Shown: positions 56,052-64,000 of the stretch, piece after piece
Layout: each line of letters opens with the position of its first letter
Position numbering within the stretch: position 1 is the first letter of the stretch
Origin: a virus
IMG/VR virus record: IMGVR_UViG_3300037245_001837
Location: 1 to 64,000 of that record
Strand: one strand, 5' to 3'
Length of the DNA stretch: 64,000 nt
Position numbers and translations under genes: made by a program
The notes under the pieces: model-generated
Database searches by the model: none
Told to the model about the DNA's origin: nothing
The model's input: only the letters and a program-made list of their open reading frames with translations

Positions 56052-56575
56052 TGAAAATAAACAACCCATATACAAGACAATTAATATACGGCTTAATATT
56101 CTTAGGTATGTATATTATTGCTCCTTTGTTTTTCAGTTACACGGTCAAAGGTCGTGCAAATGTTAGACTTAGAAAAGATAGATCAAAATGGCATAAATTC
56201 CTTTGGTTATTTTTGAATGACACTAAAAAATCAAGTAATGAAGATATTGATTATGGAGACTACGGAAGATTCTCACATAATTGGATTGGCGCAATTAAGC
56301 AGAATCTATTCAGAAATTCTCATTGGAACTTTAAAATAAATTACCTACTACCAAATAAAGGTACACCAACAAACGTAAAAGGAAACATGACTTTATGTAA
56401 CTTGACCAAGTATGGCAAACAATCAGCCACCTATAATATCAACGGAGAAGAATACTTTAGGGCATCTTACACAGGAGATATAGTAGGGTGTAGGGTAAAC
56501 TACCAGATAGGTGCAACAACTAACAGGTATTTATATAAGGTAAGGTTATCAAGGGATATAAAAAAGAATAAATAG
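56051..56575 (+). CDS. Membrane-anchored hypothetical protein
   Basis: N-terminal TM segment; coupled to the fibre gene. Confidence 0.6.
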   Translation: MKINNPYTRQLIYGLIFLGMYIIAPLFFSYTVKGRANVRLRKDRSKWHKFLWLFLNDTKKSSNEDIDYGDYGRFSHNWIGAIKQNLFRNSHWNFKINYLLPNKGTPTNVKGNMTLCNLTKYGKQSATYNINGEEYFRASYTGDIVGCRVNYQIGATTNRYLYKVRLSRDIKKNK

Positions 56576-56610
56576 TAGTATAAAAATAATAAACTTTAAA
56601 TAAATAAATC

Positions 56611-56802
56611 ATGAATACAGGTAAAAAAACAAATTTAGTAGGGTACTTTGCATTAGTAATAATATTAATATCATTAGTAGCTATGTTCTTTGAAAAGATT
56701 ACAGGAACAGAGTTTGTATCTATAATGGGTGGTGTTGGTACTTTTACTGGAGTGATGATTTCATTCCTTACAAAAACACATAGTTACGAAAAAAAAGATT
56801 AA
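56611..56802 (+). CDS. Putative holin
   Basis: 63 aa, two TM segments, charged C-terminus, upstream of the lysin. Confidence 0.6.
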   Translation: MNTGKKTNLVGYFALVIILISLVAMFFEKITGTEFVSIMGGVGTFTGVMISFLTKTHSYEKKD

Positions 56803-56838
56803 CTTAAACCAAATTAATACTTCATAAAAACCCTCACA

Positions 56839-57234
56839 ATGAAAAAATCTAATACGTGTGCAATTCACGATAAAGAAATTAGTGATATTAAAATTGAATT
56901 CAGTGAGTTTAAAACTGAATTCGGTGGATTTAAAGTTACTGTGTCAAAAAAGTTAGATGAATTAATGATATTGGTTAATAAACCTATTTTTAAAGATAGC
57001 CAAGTAGCAGGAATTGTTATAATGGCAGTTGTTTATACTATTATGGTTATGATGTATCTAACACCTACAAGTGCAAAAGCAGATGCTAATGAAAAAGATA
57101 ATTTAAGGCAAGATAAAGAAATTATCAAACAAGAAAAAAAAAGTGCCGAAATAATAACATTGCTTTTAGATATTAAAGAAATTGTTGATAAAAATGAAGG
57201 AGCAAAAGAAGCTGAAGCTAAAATTAAACAATAA
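56839..57234 (+). CDS. Single-TM coiled-coil protein (holin/antiholin candidate)
   Basis: TM segment VAGIVIMAVVYTIMVMMYL; coupled to the lysin. Confidence 0.5.
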   Translation: MKKSNTCAIHDKEISDIKIEFSEFKTEFGGFKVTVSKKLDELMILVNKPIFKDSQVAGIVIMAVVYTIMVMMYLTPTSAKADANEKDNLRQDKEIIKQEKKSAEIITLLLDIKEIVDKNEGAKEAEAKIKQ

Positions 57235-57836
57235 TGACTAACGTAAAAAATTACACAGACAAGCAATTAATTGACAGGATGAAATCTTTAGATAGTTTTC
57301 GTTATGTTCCTAGAACACCTCACTTAATAGTGGTAAGAAGCAATGAAGATGAGCCTAACAAATACGATGATAAGCTTTATCTCTTTATTGGAGAGAATTG
57401 CATATCTGTAATGTCTTGCACTTCTAATTCTGGAACTTACGGTTTGCGTAATTTTTTTAGATGGAATAAAAAAGGAACTGCTGTAATAAAATTTGATGAA
57501 GTTTATTATAATTCATTTCTGAAATCAGATGGAATGTCCATAAGACATCATAGAGGCAAAATGCAATGCTTACGTCAAATAGCTCCTTTAAAATATTATC
57601 GAGATAATAATAGAGACAATAAAATAAATGAATCTGGAGTAGTCTATGAAGCAAATAACAGTACAAACGTACATTGTAATTCATACACTAGTAAAAAAGG
57701 AATTAATTCTTGGTTTATTGGACGGTGGGGAACTGGTTGTACAGTAATTAATAATCTTACAAGATATTGGGATGTTTTAATGGTGAGAATTAAATACAAC
57801 CAACTAATAACATATACAGGATTAAAAGAATTCTAA
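57234..57836 (+). CDS. Putative endolysin, L,D-transpeptidase (YkuD)-like fold
   Basis: YYRDNNRD..TNVH..IGRWGTGCTV (His..GC); lysis-cassette position. Confidence 0.6.
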   Translation: MTNVKNYTDKQLIDRMKSLDSFRYVPRTPHLIVVRSNEDEPNKYDDKLYLFIGENCISVMSCTSNSGTYGLRNFFRWNKKGTAVIKFDEVYYNSFLKSDGMSIRHHRGKMQCLRQIAPLKYYRDNNRDNKINESGVVYEANNSTNVHCNSYTSKKGINSWFIGRWGTGCTVINNLTRYWDVLMVRIKYNQLITYTGLKEF

Positions 57837-58171
57837 TGAAAAATAAAATATTAATTGGCTTATTTGCTATTCTAACTATTGGTATAGTTGCTCAATACTT
57901 TATTTACAAAAATGAAGTATCTTTTTTGGAGCAGGAAAATTTAGATTTACTTGAAGAAAAGAAAACCGATCTAAAAAAAGTTAGAGATTCTGCATTCGTA
58001 AAAATAAATGAAATAACTGTTAATTCTAAAAATAGATTTGATAGTATAGCAAATATTCCACCAATAATTAAATGGTATCCTTATGAAAAACCTATTTTTA
58101 TTAATCGTGATGTTGATTCCGCTTTGGACATTATCTCAAGATATAACTACAACTCAGAGAAATCGAATTGA
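57836..58171 (+). CDS. i-spanin-like protein
   Basis: N-terminal TM plus coiled coil, directly after the lysin. Confidence 0.55.
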   Translation: MKNKILIGLFAILTIGIVAQYFIYKNEVSFLEQENLDLLEEKKTDLKKVRDSAFVKINEITVNSKNRFDSIANIPPIIKWYPYEKPIFINRDVDSALDIISRYNYNSEKSN

Positions 58172-58613
58172 CAGCATTTTTACAGCCGAAAAGATAATTG
58201 ACATATCCAAAGGTCTTTCAAACGAAAAACTGCAAGATAGCGTTATAAAAGTGCGTGACAATCAAATAAAAGAGCTTCAAGATAAAGTTGCTCTTTTAAA
58301 AAAAGAACACACTAATACTTTAATAGAAATAGCTAAACATAATAAAACTGCTGAAGAAACAACTAGTACGGTTGATGATATTTCAGACAATCAATTAAAA
58401 AAAGAAAAAAACAAATGGAAAGGATTGCATTTATATGGAGGTGTGGAAATTCCTCAATTCAAATTCAATGAGCCAAATTTCAATACAGAATTAATGTATG
58501 AGTTGGAAAGATTTGAATTTGGAGTAAAAGGAGAGTTTGGTAAACTTGATATTGAAAAAGAAACTGGATACAATTTCAATTACTATTTAAAGCTTCGATA
58601 TAAGTTTTTTTAA
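58083..58613 (+). CDS. Exported coiled-coil protein with C-terminal beta strands (o-spanin-like)
   Basis: Signal peptide without Cys, coiled coil, amphipathic strands ending YKFF; overlaps the previous gene by 89 nt. Confidence 0.55.
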   Translation: MKNLFLLIVMLIPLWTLSQDITTTQRNRIDSIFTAEKIIDISKGLSNEKLQDSVIKVRDNQIKELQDKVALLKKEHTNTLIEIAKHNKTAEETTSTVDDISDNQLKKEKNKWKGLHLYGGVEIPQFKFNEPNFNTELMYELERFEFGVKGEFGKLDIEKETGYNFNYYLKLRYKFF

Positions 58614-58647
58614 AGTACTTTTATCGTAATTATAAAAAATAAACGCC

Positions 58648-59649
58648 ATGTCAAAACAATTTAAAACATCGAATAATTATTTTGTAATTACAGATACAAA
58701 GACAGGAGTTGAGGAACTTAGAAATGCGAAAAATAATATTTACTATAAAATTGCAGGAAAGAATGTTCATTTCTACGAAAAATCAACAGGTAAAACGGAG
58801 TCAGTAAATATTTATAACAAAGATAATGTAGTAAATGGAAATAACGAAGATAGTACATTCACAACATTAGCAGAGTTACAGATTTTCTTAGATAAGAATA
58901 CAGGATCAGAAGCTCCTTTAGATGTTGTATTACAAGATTCAGAAGCTCCTTTAATGATTGTTGAGGCATCTAAACTTATCACTGAAACTACAGTAGCTAT
59001 AATAACAGCTAAAAACGACTATATAGTAAATGTAGCAGACGCTACTAGTTTTGCAACAGGGCAATATTTAACAATATACAACGAGGTAGCTAATAGGGTG
59101 TTTTTTGCGAAGGTGATATTAGTTGATGTTTTGGCTATTACAATAAACGTACCTTTAGATTTCGAGTTTGCGGTAGGTTCCTTTGTATCTATAGGAGATT
59201 TAAACATGAATTTAGACGGTAGCAGTACCCCTCAAATATTCGGAATAAGAAACCCAACTGGTGTAGATATACCACTTGCTTATGATATAACCAGAATTAT
59301 ATTTACATGCGAATGTAACTCGTCATTAGATTTATCCAAGTTTGGAGACATTGCAGGTGGAATAGCAAGAGGATTAATAGTACGTAAAGTAGATGGTACA
59401 TATAGAAATGTATTTCATTTTAAAACAAATAGGGAATTAAAATCTAAATGTTTTGATTTTGATATTGAGACAGCCATAGGAAACGCTAAGGATGGTTTTT
59501 CAGCTCGTATAACTTTCGCAGGTCAGAATAAGATGGGCGCAGTTATAAGATTAAAAGAGGACGAGGATTTGCAGTTTCTAGTACAAGACCCTTTAGAAAC
59601 TTTACATTTCTTAGGTGCAACCGTAGAGGGAAGCGAAGTGATAGATTAA
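58648..59649 (+). CDS. Putative virion/tail-associated beta-rich protein
   Basis: 333 aa, beta-rich composition. Confidence 0.5.
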   Translation: MSKQFKTSNNYFVITDTKTGVEELRNAKNNIYYKIAGKNVHFYEKSTGKTESVNIYNKDNVVNGNNEDSTFTTLAELQIFLDKNTGSEAPLDVVLQDSEAPLMIVEASKLITETTVAIITAKNDYIVNVADATSFATGQYLTIYNEVANRVFFAKVILVDVLAITINVPLDFEFAVGSFVSIGDLNMNLDGSSTPQIFGIRNPTGVDIPLAYDITRIIFTCECNSSLDLSKFGDIAGGIARGLIVRKVDGTYRNVFHFKTNRELKSKCFDFDIETAIGNAKDGFSARITFAGQNKMGAVIRLKEDEDLQFLVQDPLETLHFLGATVEGSEVID

Positions 59650-59654
59650 TATAT

Positions 59655-59999
59655 TTAAATAGAAATATAACCAACAACATCTCCAGTAATGTAGATGTTG
59701 TTTTTTTCTACAACATATTCTTCAACATTCCTTATTGAACCATCTAATATTGATTGATAAAAATGAGAAATAACCTTAGTAGGCGTAAATATAACTTCAA
59801 GATTGTTTTCATCTATCATTGTTGGGTTTAAAACCAAATCCTTATGCTTTATATCATTTGAACAAAAAACAACACCAGAATGGTTTATTTCGCCTTTTTG
59901 TTTAACGATATAAACTATTGAGTGTTCCGTAAATTTTATGTCAATTGCAATTAATTCTATTTTCATAATTAGTCTATTCTTTTTTTTAATGATTGACAA
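59655..59999 (-). CDS. Hypothetical protein
   Basis: ORF track; true start may be the internal Met. Confidence 0.55.
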   Translation of the reverse strand: MSIIKKKNRLIMKIELIAIDIKFTEHSIVYIVKQKGEINHSGVVFCSNDIKHKDLVLNPTMIDENNLEVIFTPTKVISHFYQSILDGSIRNVEEYVVEKNNIYITGDVVGYISI

Positions 60000-60331
60000 A
60001 TTTTATATAAGCCAAACATTTTAGGAGTTAAATATTTTGGAGGGTAATTATAAACCATAGCCATATTACTTATGTAATGCAGCTTGTTTGTTTTAATTAA
60101 ATTTTCAGATTCTCGTTGCTCATTAAGAAATGAATTGCATTTTAGAATTTTAAATACCTCATCAATATTAAATTTATCCAGAAGAGGTTCAAATAAATAC
60201 AGCCTTTTATACTTGCTTGGCTTCATACTATATATTACATTAGAGCCAATGATTTTCTTACAAAGATCGTAAGATTGAATCTTTGTATCATATATTTTAT
60301 TACCGTCAATTAAAAATCCATTTTTAATCAC
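59969..60331 (-). CDS. Hypothetical protein
   Basis: ORF track; minus-strand promoter box upstream. Confidence 0.55.
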   Translation of the reverse strand: MIKNGFLIDGNKIYDTKIQSYDLCKKIIGSNVIYSMKPSKYKRLYLFEPLLDKFNIDEVFKILKCNSFLNEQRESENLIKTNKLHYISNMAMVYNYPPKYLTPKMFGLYKICQSLKKRID

Positions 60332-60363
60332 TTGATTATCAGTATTAAATTATAAATATTAAA

Positions 60364-60371
60364 CAAATATA
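60364..60371 (-). promoter_or_regulatory. Bacteroidota -7 box (minus strand)
   Basis: CAAATATA reads TATATTTG on the minus strand. Confidence 0.55.
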
Positions 60372-60392
60372 AGGAATATTATTAAAAAACAC

Positions 60393-60423
60393 TTGCATAG
60401 TAGGATAAAGTAGTATATATTTG
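60393..60423 (+). promoter_or_regulatory. Bacteroidota sigma70-type promoter
   Basis: TTG at 60393-60395, 20-nt spacer, TATATTTG at 60416-60423. Confidence 0.75.
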
Positions 60424-60428
60424 TACCA

Positions 60429-60611
60429 ATGAAATCACAGACAGAAAAAATCAGTATAACCATAAGTGATGTAAATCACAAAGCGATCAAGGAATACGCT
60501 AAAAAGATAGATCGTTCTAAGTCTAAAACAATAGACTTGGCTATAACTGATTTTTTAGAAAAGAATGTTCCAAATTACAAATACAAGCAAATTTTAAAAG
60601 ACTCAAAATGA
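60429..60611 (+). CDS. Ribbon-helix-helix regulator
   Basis: KISITIS strand, AIKEYAKKIDRSKSKTIDLAI helices. Confidence 0.75.
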   Translation: MKSQTEKISITISDVNHKAIKEYAKKIDRSKSKTIDLAITDFLEKNVPNYKYKQILKDSK

Positions 60612-60952
60612 AAGCACCCAAGGTAATTAGAAAACACGTTTCAATTCAGGCTTCTGAAATGACGGAAAAAAGAGTAATGTCTAGGTATAAAAAATGGCAA
60701 TTAATTATAGCTAAATGGATAGGTGTTGAAGTAGCTGATAATTATCAGTATCTTTTCAGAGTTGATTACAAAGGGAATGTAAGGTTGAGGTCTAATGACA
60801 TTATTTGTAACGAACAAGGTGTTATATTTCTAGTTCTAAAAGAAAATAATAGATTAGCTATGCTAGTATCTAAAGATGCCTCAAAAGATGTTCCTAAAAT
60901 GTACGGTAAATTAACTATTTTAAGTAAATTAGAAGATGAAAATAAAAAATAG
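60608..60952 (+). CDS. Hypothetical protein
   Basis: ATGA overlap with the RHH gene. Confidence 0.65.
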   Translation: MKAPKVIRKHVSIQASEMTEKRVMSRYKKWQLIIAKWIGVEVADNYQYLFRVDYKGNVRLRSNDIICNEQGVIFLVLKENNRLAMLVSKDASKDVPKMYGKLTILSKLEDENKK

Positions 60953-60977
60953 AAATAAATTTTAAAAAAGCTATAAT

Positions 60978-61331
60978 ATGGAAATTACAGGAACTATAAA
61001 ATTAATAAATGAAACTAAAACTTTTGGAGAAAGTGGTTTTAGAAAAAGAGAATTAGTAGTAACAAGCGATGAGCAATACCCTCAAATGTTAATGGTGGAA
61101 TTTGTTCAGGATAAATGTGATTTACTAGATAATTATCAAGTTGGTCAAGGAGTGAAAGTTTCAATAAATTTACGTGGTCGTGAATGGATAAATCCAGAAG
61201 GAGAAGCTAAATACTTCAACTCTATTCAAGGATGGAGAATTGAAGAAACTGGAGAACAACAACCAGATCAACAAGAAGCACCTACTTCGCAACCTGTTGA
61301 TGATAATGAGCCAGACGATTTGCCATTTTAA
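60978..61331 (+). CDS. DUF3127-family single-stranded DNA-binding protein
   Basis: GFRKRELVV..QYPQ..EFVQDKC..NLRGREW..YFNSIQGWRI; acidic DDLPF tail. Confidence 0.9.
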   Translation: MEITGTIKLINETKTFGESGFRKRELVVTSDEQYPQMLMVEFVQDKCDLLDNYQVGQGVKVSINLRGREWINPEGEAKYFNSIQGWRIEETGEQQPDQQEAPTSQPVDDNEPDDLPF

Positions 61332-61442
61332 ACGGTAATCTTATACAAAAACAAAAGGTAGTCGGTAATACACTTTCCGACTCTAATCGAAAAGTGGAGA
61401 GTTATACAATCTCTCATAAGTTTAATTAAAAAATAATTAATT

Positions 61443-61598
61443 ATGAAACAGTACATTAAAAAAAGTGATGCTCAAGCAGAAGCTAAAAGAAAAGGTTTAA
61501 CAGGTGTTCATAAAATGCCTAATGGTAAATGGATGGCAGGGAAAACACACCCTAAAAGCACTAAAAGCACTAAAAAACCAAAAAGAAGAGATTATTAA
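61443..61598 (+). CDS. Small basic protein (51 aa)
   Basis: MKQYIKK..GVHKMPNGKWMAGKTH..KKPKRRDY read manually. Confidence 0.55.
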   Translation: MKQYIKKSDAQAEAKRKGLTGVHKMPNGKWMAGKTHPKSTKSTKKPKRRDY

Positions 61599-61622
61599 TT
61601 ACGAACCACAGTAGAGGGAGTA

Positions 61623-61793
61623 ATGAACTTACACGTTTACAAAATATCGGAAAGATTGTATCGAATTAGAAATATTAAGAAGGATACAGTTAAAGATTGT
61701 TGGATAAAAAATGGTGAAATTCAAATACCTGCTAATATTCATAATACATTGACACCAACCGAGAGACAGGCAGTTGAAATGGAGATTTTTTAA
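61623..61793 (+). CDS. Small hypothetical protein (56 aa)
   Basis: Gap-filling ORF. Confidence 0.45.
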   Translation: MNLHVYKISERLYRIRNIKKDTVKDCWIKNGEIQIPANIHNTLTPTERQAVEMEIF

Positions 61794-61802
61794 AAGTAAA
61801 TT

Positions 61803-62003
61803 ATGGAATGGATAAGCATAAAATCAAAACTACCAGAAAACAATGCTTTTGATGATGAAGATATAGAATATTATTTTATATACACAGAGAATTTTGGAAT
61901 TCAAAAGGCAATGTTTATCGATAATGAATGGTGGAGTAATTATTTATCTAAAATAATGGATAATGTAACACACTGGTTAGAAATAGAATTACCAAAAGAT
62001 TAA
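61803..62003 (+). CDS. DUF551-like protein
   Basis: MEWISIKSKLPE..VTHW..LP. Confidence 0.75.
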   Translation: MEWISIKSKLPENNAFDDEDIEYYFIYTENFGIQKAMFIDNEWWSNYLSKIMDNVTHWLEIELPKD

Positions 62004-62006
62004 ATT

Positions 62007-62237
62007 ATGACACCAACCGAAAAACAAGCACAATTATTAGCAGACGAATTAATGAATATTTTTATTCTAACAAAGCACGATAGTAAAGGGAATATAATAA
62101 CTTTCGAATTAGCTAAAACTTGTGCCTTAATGACTTGCATTGAAATACTAAGAGCATTAAATTCTTTAAAAGGAATGGGGAAAATTCAGAAAGTGAAATT
62201 ATATAAATTAGTTAAGAAAAATTTAGAAGCTAAATAA
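62007..62237 (+). CDS. Hypothetical protein
   Basis: MTPTEKQA..AKTCAL..EIL. Confidence 0.65.
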   Translation: MTPTEKQAQLLADELMNIFILTKHDSKGNIITFELAKTCALMTCIEILRALNSLKGMGKIQKVKLYKLVKKNLEAK

Positions 62238-62238
62238 A

Positions 62239-62670
62239 ATGAAAATAATTATAATTGACATAGACGGAACAGTATCAAAAGTTGGTGACAGGCTAAAATA
62301 TTTGAAAGAGTCACCTAAAAATTGGGATGCTTTTTATAACTCTTGTTTTGAAGATGAGCCTATTCAGGAAATAATAGATTTTTTACATATCATTCAAAAC
62401 GATTATAAATTTGTTTTTTGTACTGGAAGAAGAGAAAGTGTAAGGTTTGACACATCAATGTGGTTAGAAAATAATGGTCTTTTTGGAGATTTGTTAATGC
62501 GACCTGATAATGACTTTAGACACGATACAATTGTAAAGCCAGAACAATTAGAAAAAAATAACATACTCCTTGACGAAGTGGCTTTTGTATTAGAAGATAG
62601 AAACGCAATGGTTGAAAAATTCAGAGAATTAGGATTAAGAGTTCTTCAAGTAGCAGACGGTAATTTTTAA
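62239..62670 (+). CDS. HAD phosphatase, T4 polynucleotide kinase 3'-phosphatase-like
   Basis: DIDGT, CTGR, LLMRPDNDFRHD..K, EDR, LQVADGNF. Confidence 0.85.
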   Translation: MKIIIIDIDGTVSKVGDRLKYLKESPKNWDAFYNSCFEDEPIQEIIDFLHIIQNDYKFVFCTGRRESVRFDTSMWLENNGLFGDLLMRPDNDFRHDTIVKPEQLEKNNILLDEVAFVLEDRNAMVEKFRELGLRVLQVADGNF

Positions 62671-62673
62671 GTT

Positions 62674-63336
62674 ATGGCTAAACCAAAAAAATGCAAAGGA
62701 ACTGGACAGGCTAAAGGTTTTGGATGTAATAAACCTTTAACCTTTTCAGAGTCAAATGGAATTAAAAGTTATAATTCAAAATACGGATTATGTCCAACTT
62801 GTCAATACGAATGGGCAACTACTAATGATGCAGGAAAGGTTTGGTTTCAGAAAAGTTTAATTTCTAATAAGAAGAAAAAGGAAAAAGAAGAAAACGCAAT
62901 ACACAGAGAAAAGAAAAGATCTATTGATGAGACAGGAGCAATGCGATTAGCTGATATGTATTTCAGTAGATACATAAGAGTTCTTTATAGTGATGATAAT
63001 GGATATTGTACTTGTTACACTTGTGGAACTGATGTTTTTTTAAAAGAATTGGATAACGGACACTATCAGAAAAGGGAGCATAAAGCAACAAGGTATCACG
63101 AAAATAATTGCAGACCACAATGCAAAACTTGTAATGGAGATACAAAGCACAATGGCAAACAGGCAGAGTTCAGAGTTCACCTATCAAACGAAATTGGAGA
63201 AGAAGAAGTATCAGAAATCGAAAGATTAGCTAATACAACTATAAAAGCAAATTCACTGTTCTTTAGAAATATAGCAGATTCATATCGAATAAAATCTAAT
63301 GAACTTCAAAAAATAAAAAAAGTAAAACACTGGTAA
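62674..63336 (+). CDS. NinG/Rap-family recombination endonuclease
   Basis: FSRYIR..CYTCG..DNGHY..TRYHENNCRPQCKTCN. Confidence 0.8.
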   Translation: MAKPKKCKGTGQAKGFGCNKPLTFSESNGIKSYNSKYGLCPTCQYEWATTNDAGKVWFQKSLISNKKKKEKEENAIHREKKRSIDETGAMRLADMYFSRYIRVLYSDDNGYCTCYTCGTDVFLKELDNGHYQKREHKATRYHENNCRPQCKTCNGDTKHNGKQAEFRVHLSNEIGEEEVSEIERLANTTIKANSLFFRNIADSYRIKSNELQKIKKVKHW

Positions 63337-63494
63337 TGGATAAGTTTTACCCAAATGGAAGCATCAAAGCAAAGTTCATTCGTTATTTGAAATCTGGAGA
63401 ATGTTGTTGTAACTTTGATAACGATCCAGATCACTATACAGACGGAAATAAAGTTTATAAAAAAATAGAGTTTAAATTTAATAAAAACGAATAA
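63336..63494 (+). CDS. Small hypothetical protein (52 aa)
   Basis: TAATG coupling at both ends. Confidence 0.5.
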   Translation: MDKFYPNGSIKAKFIRYLKSGECCCNFDNDPDHYTDGNKVYKKIEFKFNKNE

Positions 63495-64000
63495 TGGATA
63501 ATACAGCAAAACAAACACCTAAAAACGAATTACACTTTGAAAAGAAAAAAGAAAAAGTAACTTTTAAGTTTCAAACTAAGTTTACGGAAAGAGAAACTGA
63601 AGACCATAATAAATGGCTATCATTTTATCCTAAAAAATGTTATTTTAGATTTCAATTAGATTCTTGGGGGTATTTTGATCCAAGACCTCAAATAAGTACT
63701 AACATTACTTCTGTATTAGTTATTTTAACTCTACTCGTAAGTTTATTCACATTGACTATTACTTTGTACCATTTAGTTTTAATTCCTTTCTTATTTTTTG
63801 GTTGGGGAGAATTATTTTTAAACTTACCATTCAATTCAGGAAAAACAGATGAATGTGAAAACCCTTCTTATGGATTTTACATGTACCACATTGACCCTGT
63901 TCCAAAAAAAGTAAATTTCCCTACTTGTTTTATTTGGCAATGGAAGAACTATAAATCATTTAATATGCCTTGGGCAAGAACTTGGATTAGAACATCTATA
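63494..64000 (+). CDS. 3'-truncated membrane protein
   Basis: Open to the window edge; hydrophobic stretch VLVILTLLVSLF..LVLIPFLFFGW. Confidence 0.6.
   Translation, partial: MDNTAKQTPKNELHFEKKKEKVTFKFQTKFTERETEDHNKWLSFYPKKCYFRFQLDSWGYFDPRPQISTNITSVLVILTLLVSLFTLTITLYHLVLIPFLFFGWGELFLNLPFNSGKTDECENPSYGFYMYHIDPVPKKVNFPTCFIWQWKNYKSFNMPWARTWIRTSI

Noticed and set aside
56785-56802. A8 run at the holin 3' end as a frameshift site
   Set aside because: The -1 frame closes after three codons; A-runs of this length are common in this genome
1098-63518. Many minus-strand and nested ORFs in the ORF track (e.g. 1098..1370, 27720..28034, 39710..40021, 55076..55570)
   Set aside because: Antisense shadows of well-supported genes, with Ser/Phe/Leu-rich mirror composition
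1-64000. Stop-codon reassignment as in some crAss-like phages
   Set aside because: Long genes are intact under the standard code; TAG and TGA end genes with tight coupling to the next start

Overview
AT-rich, gene-dense 64 kb segment of a tailed dsDNA phage (or prophage) of a Bacteroidota host, probably Flavobacteriia. The host call rests on TAnnTTTG promoters, a DUF3127 SSB and AT-rich leaders without Shine-Dalgarno motifs. Both ends fall inside genes and almost all genes are on the + strand. 1-9.6 kb: probable early/host-takeover genes (large N6-adenine MTase, ART-like protein, DUF1917-like protein, stripped-down ClpX-like ATPase). 9.7-20.9 kb: recombination and replication genes (putative annealase, HIRAN-exonuclease, SMC-like ATPase, initiator with internal iterons, DnaC-like loader, solo FtsK-gamma, second MTase). 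21-27.4 kb: run of small accessory genes. 27.7-53.2 kb: podovirus-type virion module resembling crAss-like/Cellulophaga podophages (scaffold, capsid, ring and muzzle proteins, ejection proteins including a 2571-aa polyvalent protein, TerS, TerL, portal). 53.3-59.6 kb: tail fibre and lysis genes. 60.4-64 kb: RHH regulator, SSB, HAD phosphatase, NinG. No DNA or RNA polymerase, integrase, CRISPR array or canonical tRNA was recognised. Top leads: a ~140-nt intergenic RNA candidate with three tandem tRNA D-loop/T-loop 'elbow' units and no anticodon arm; a ClpX relative missing its pore Tyr, IGF loop and zinc domain; a solo FtsK-gamma domain; a possible beta-barrel-anchored spanin; and poly-A slippery sites. 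All family assignments come from motif recognition by eye; no database search was run.
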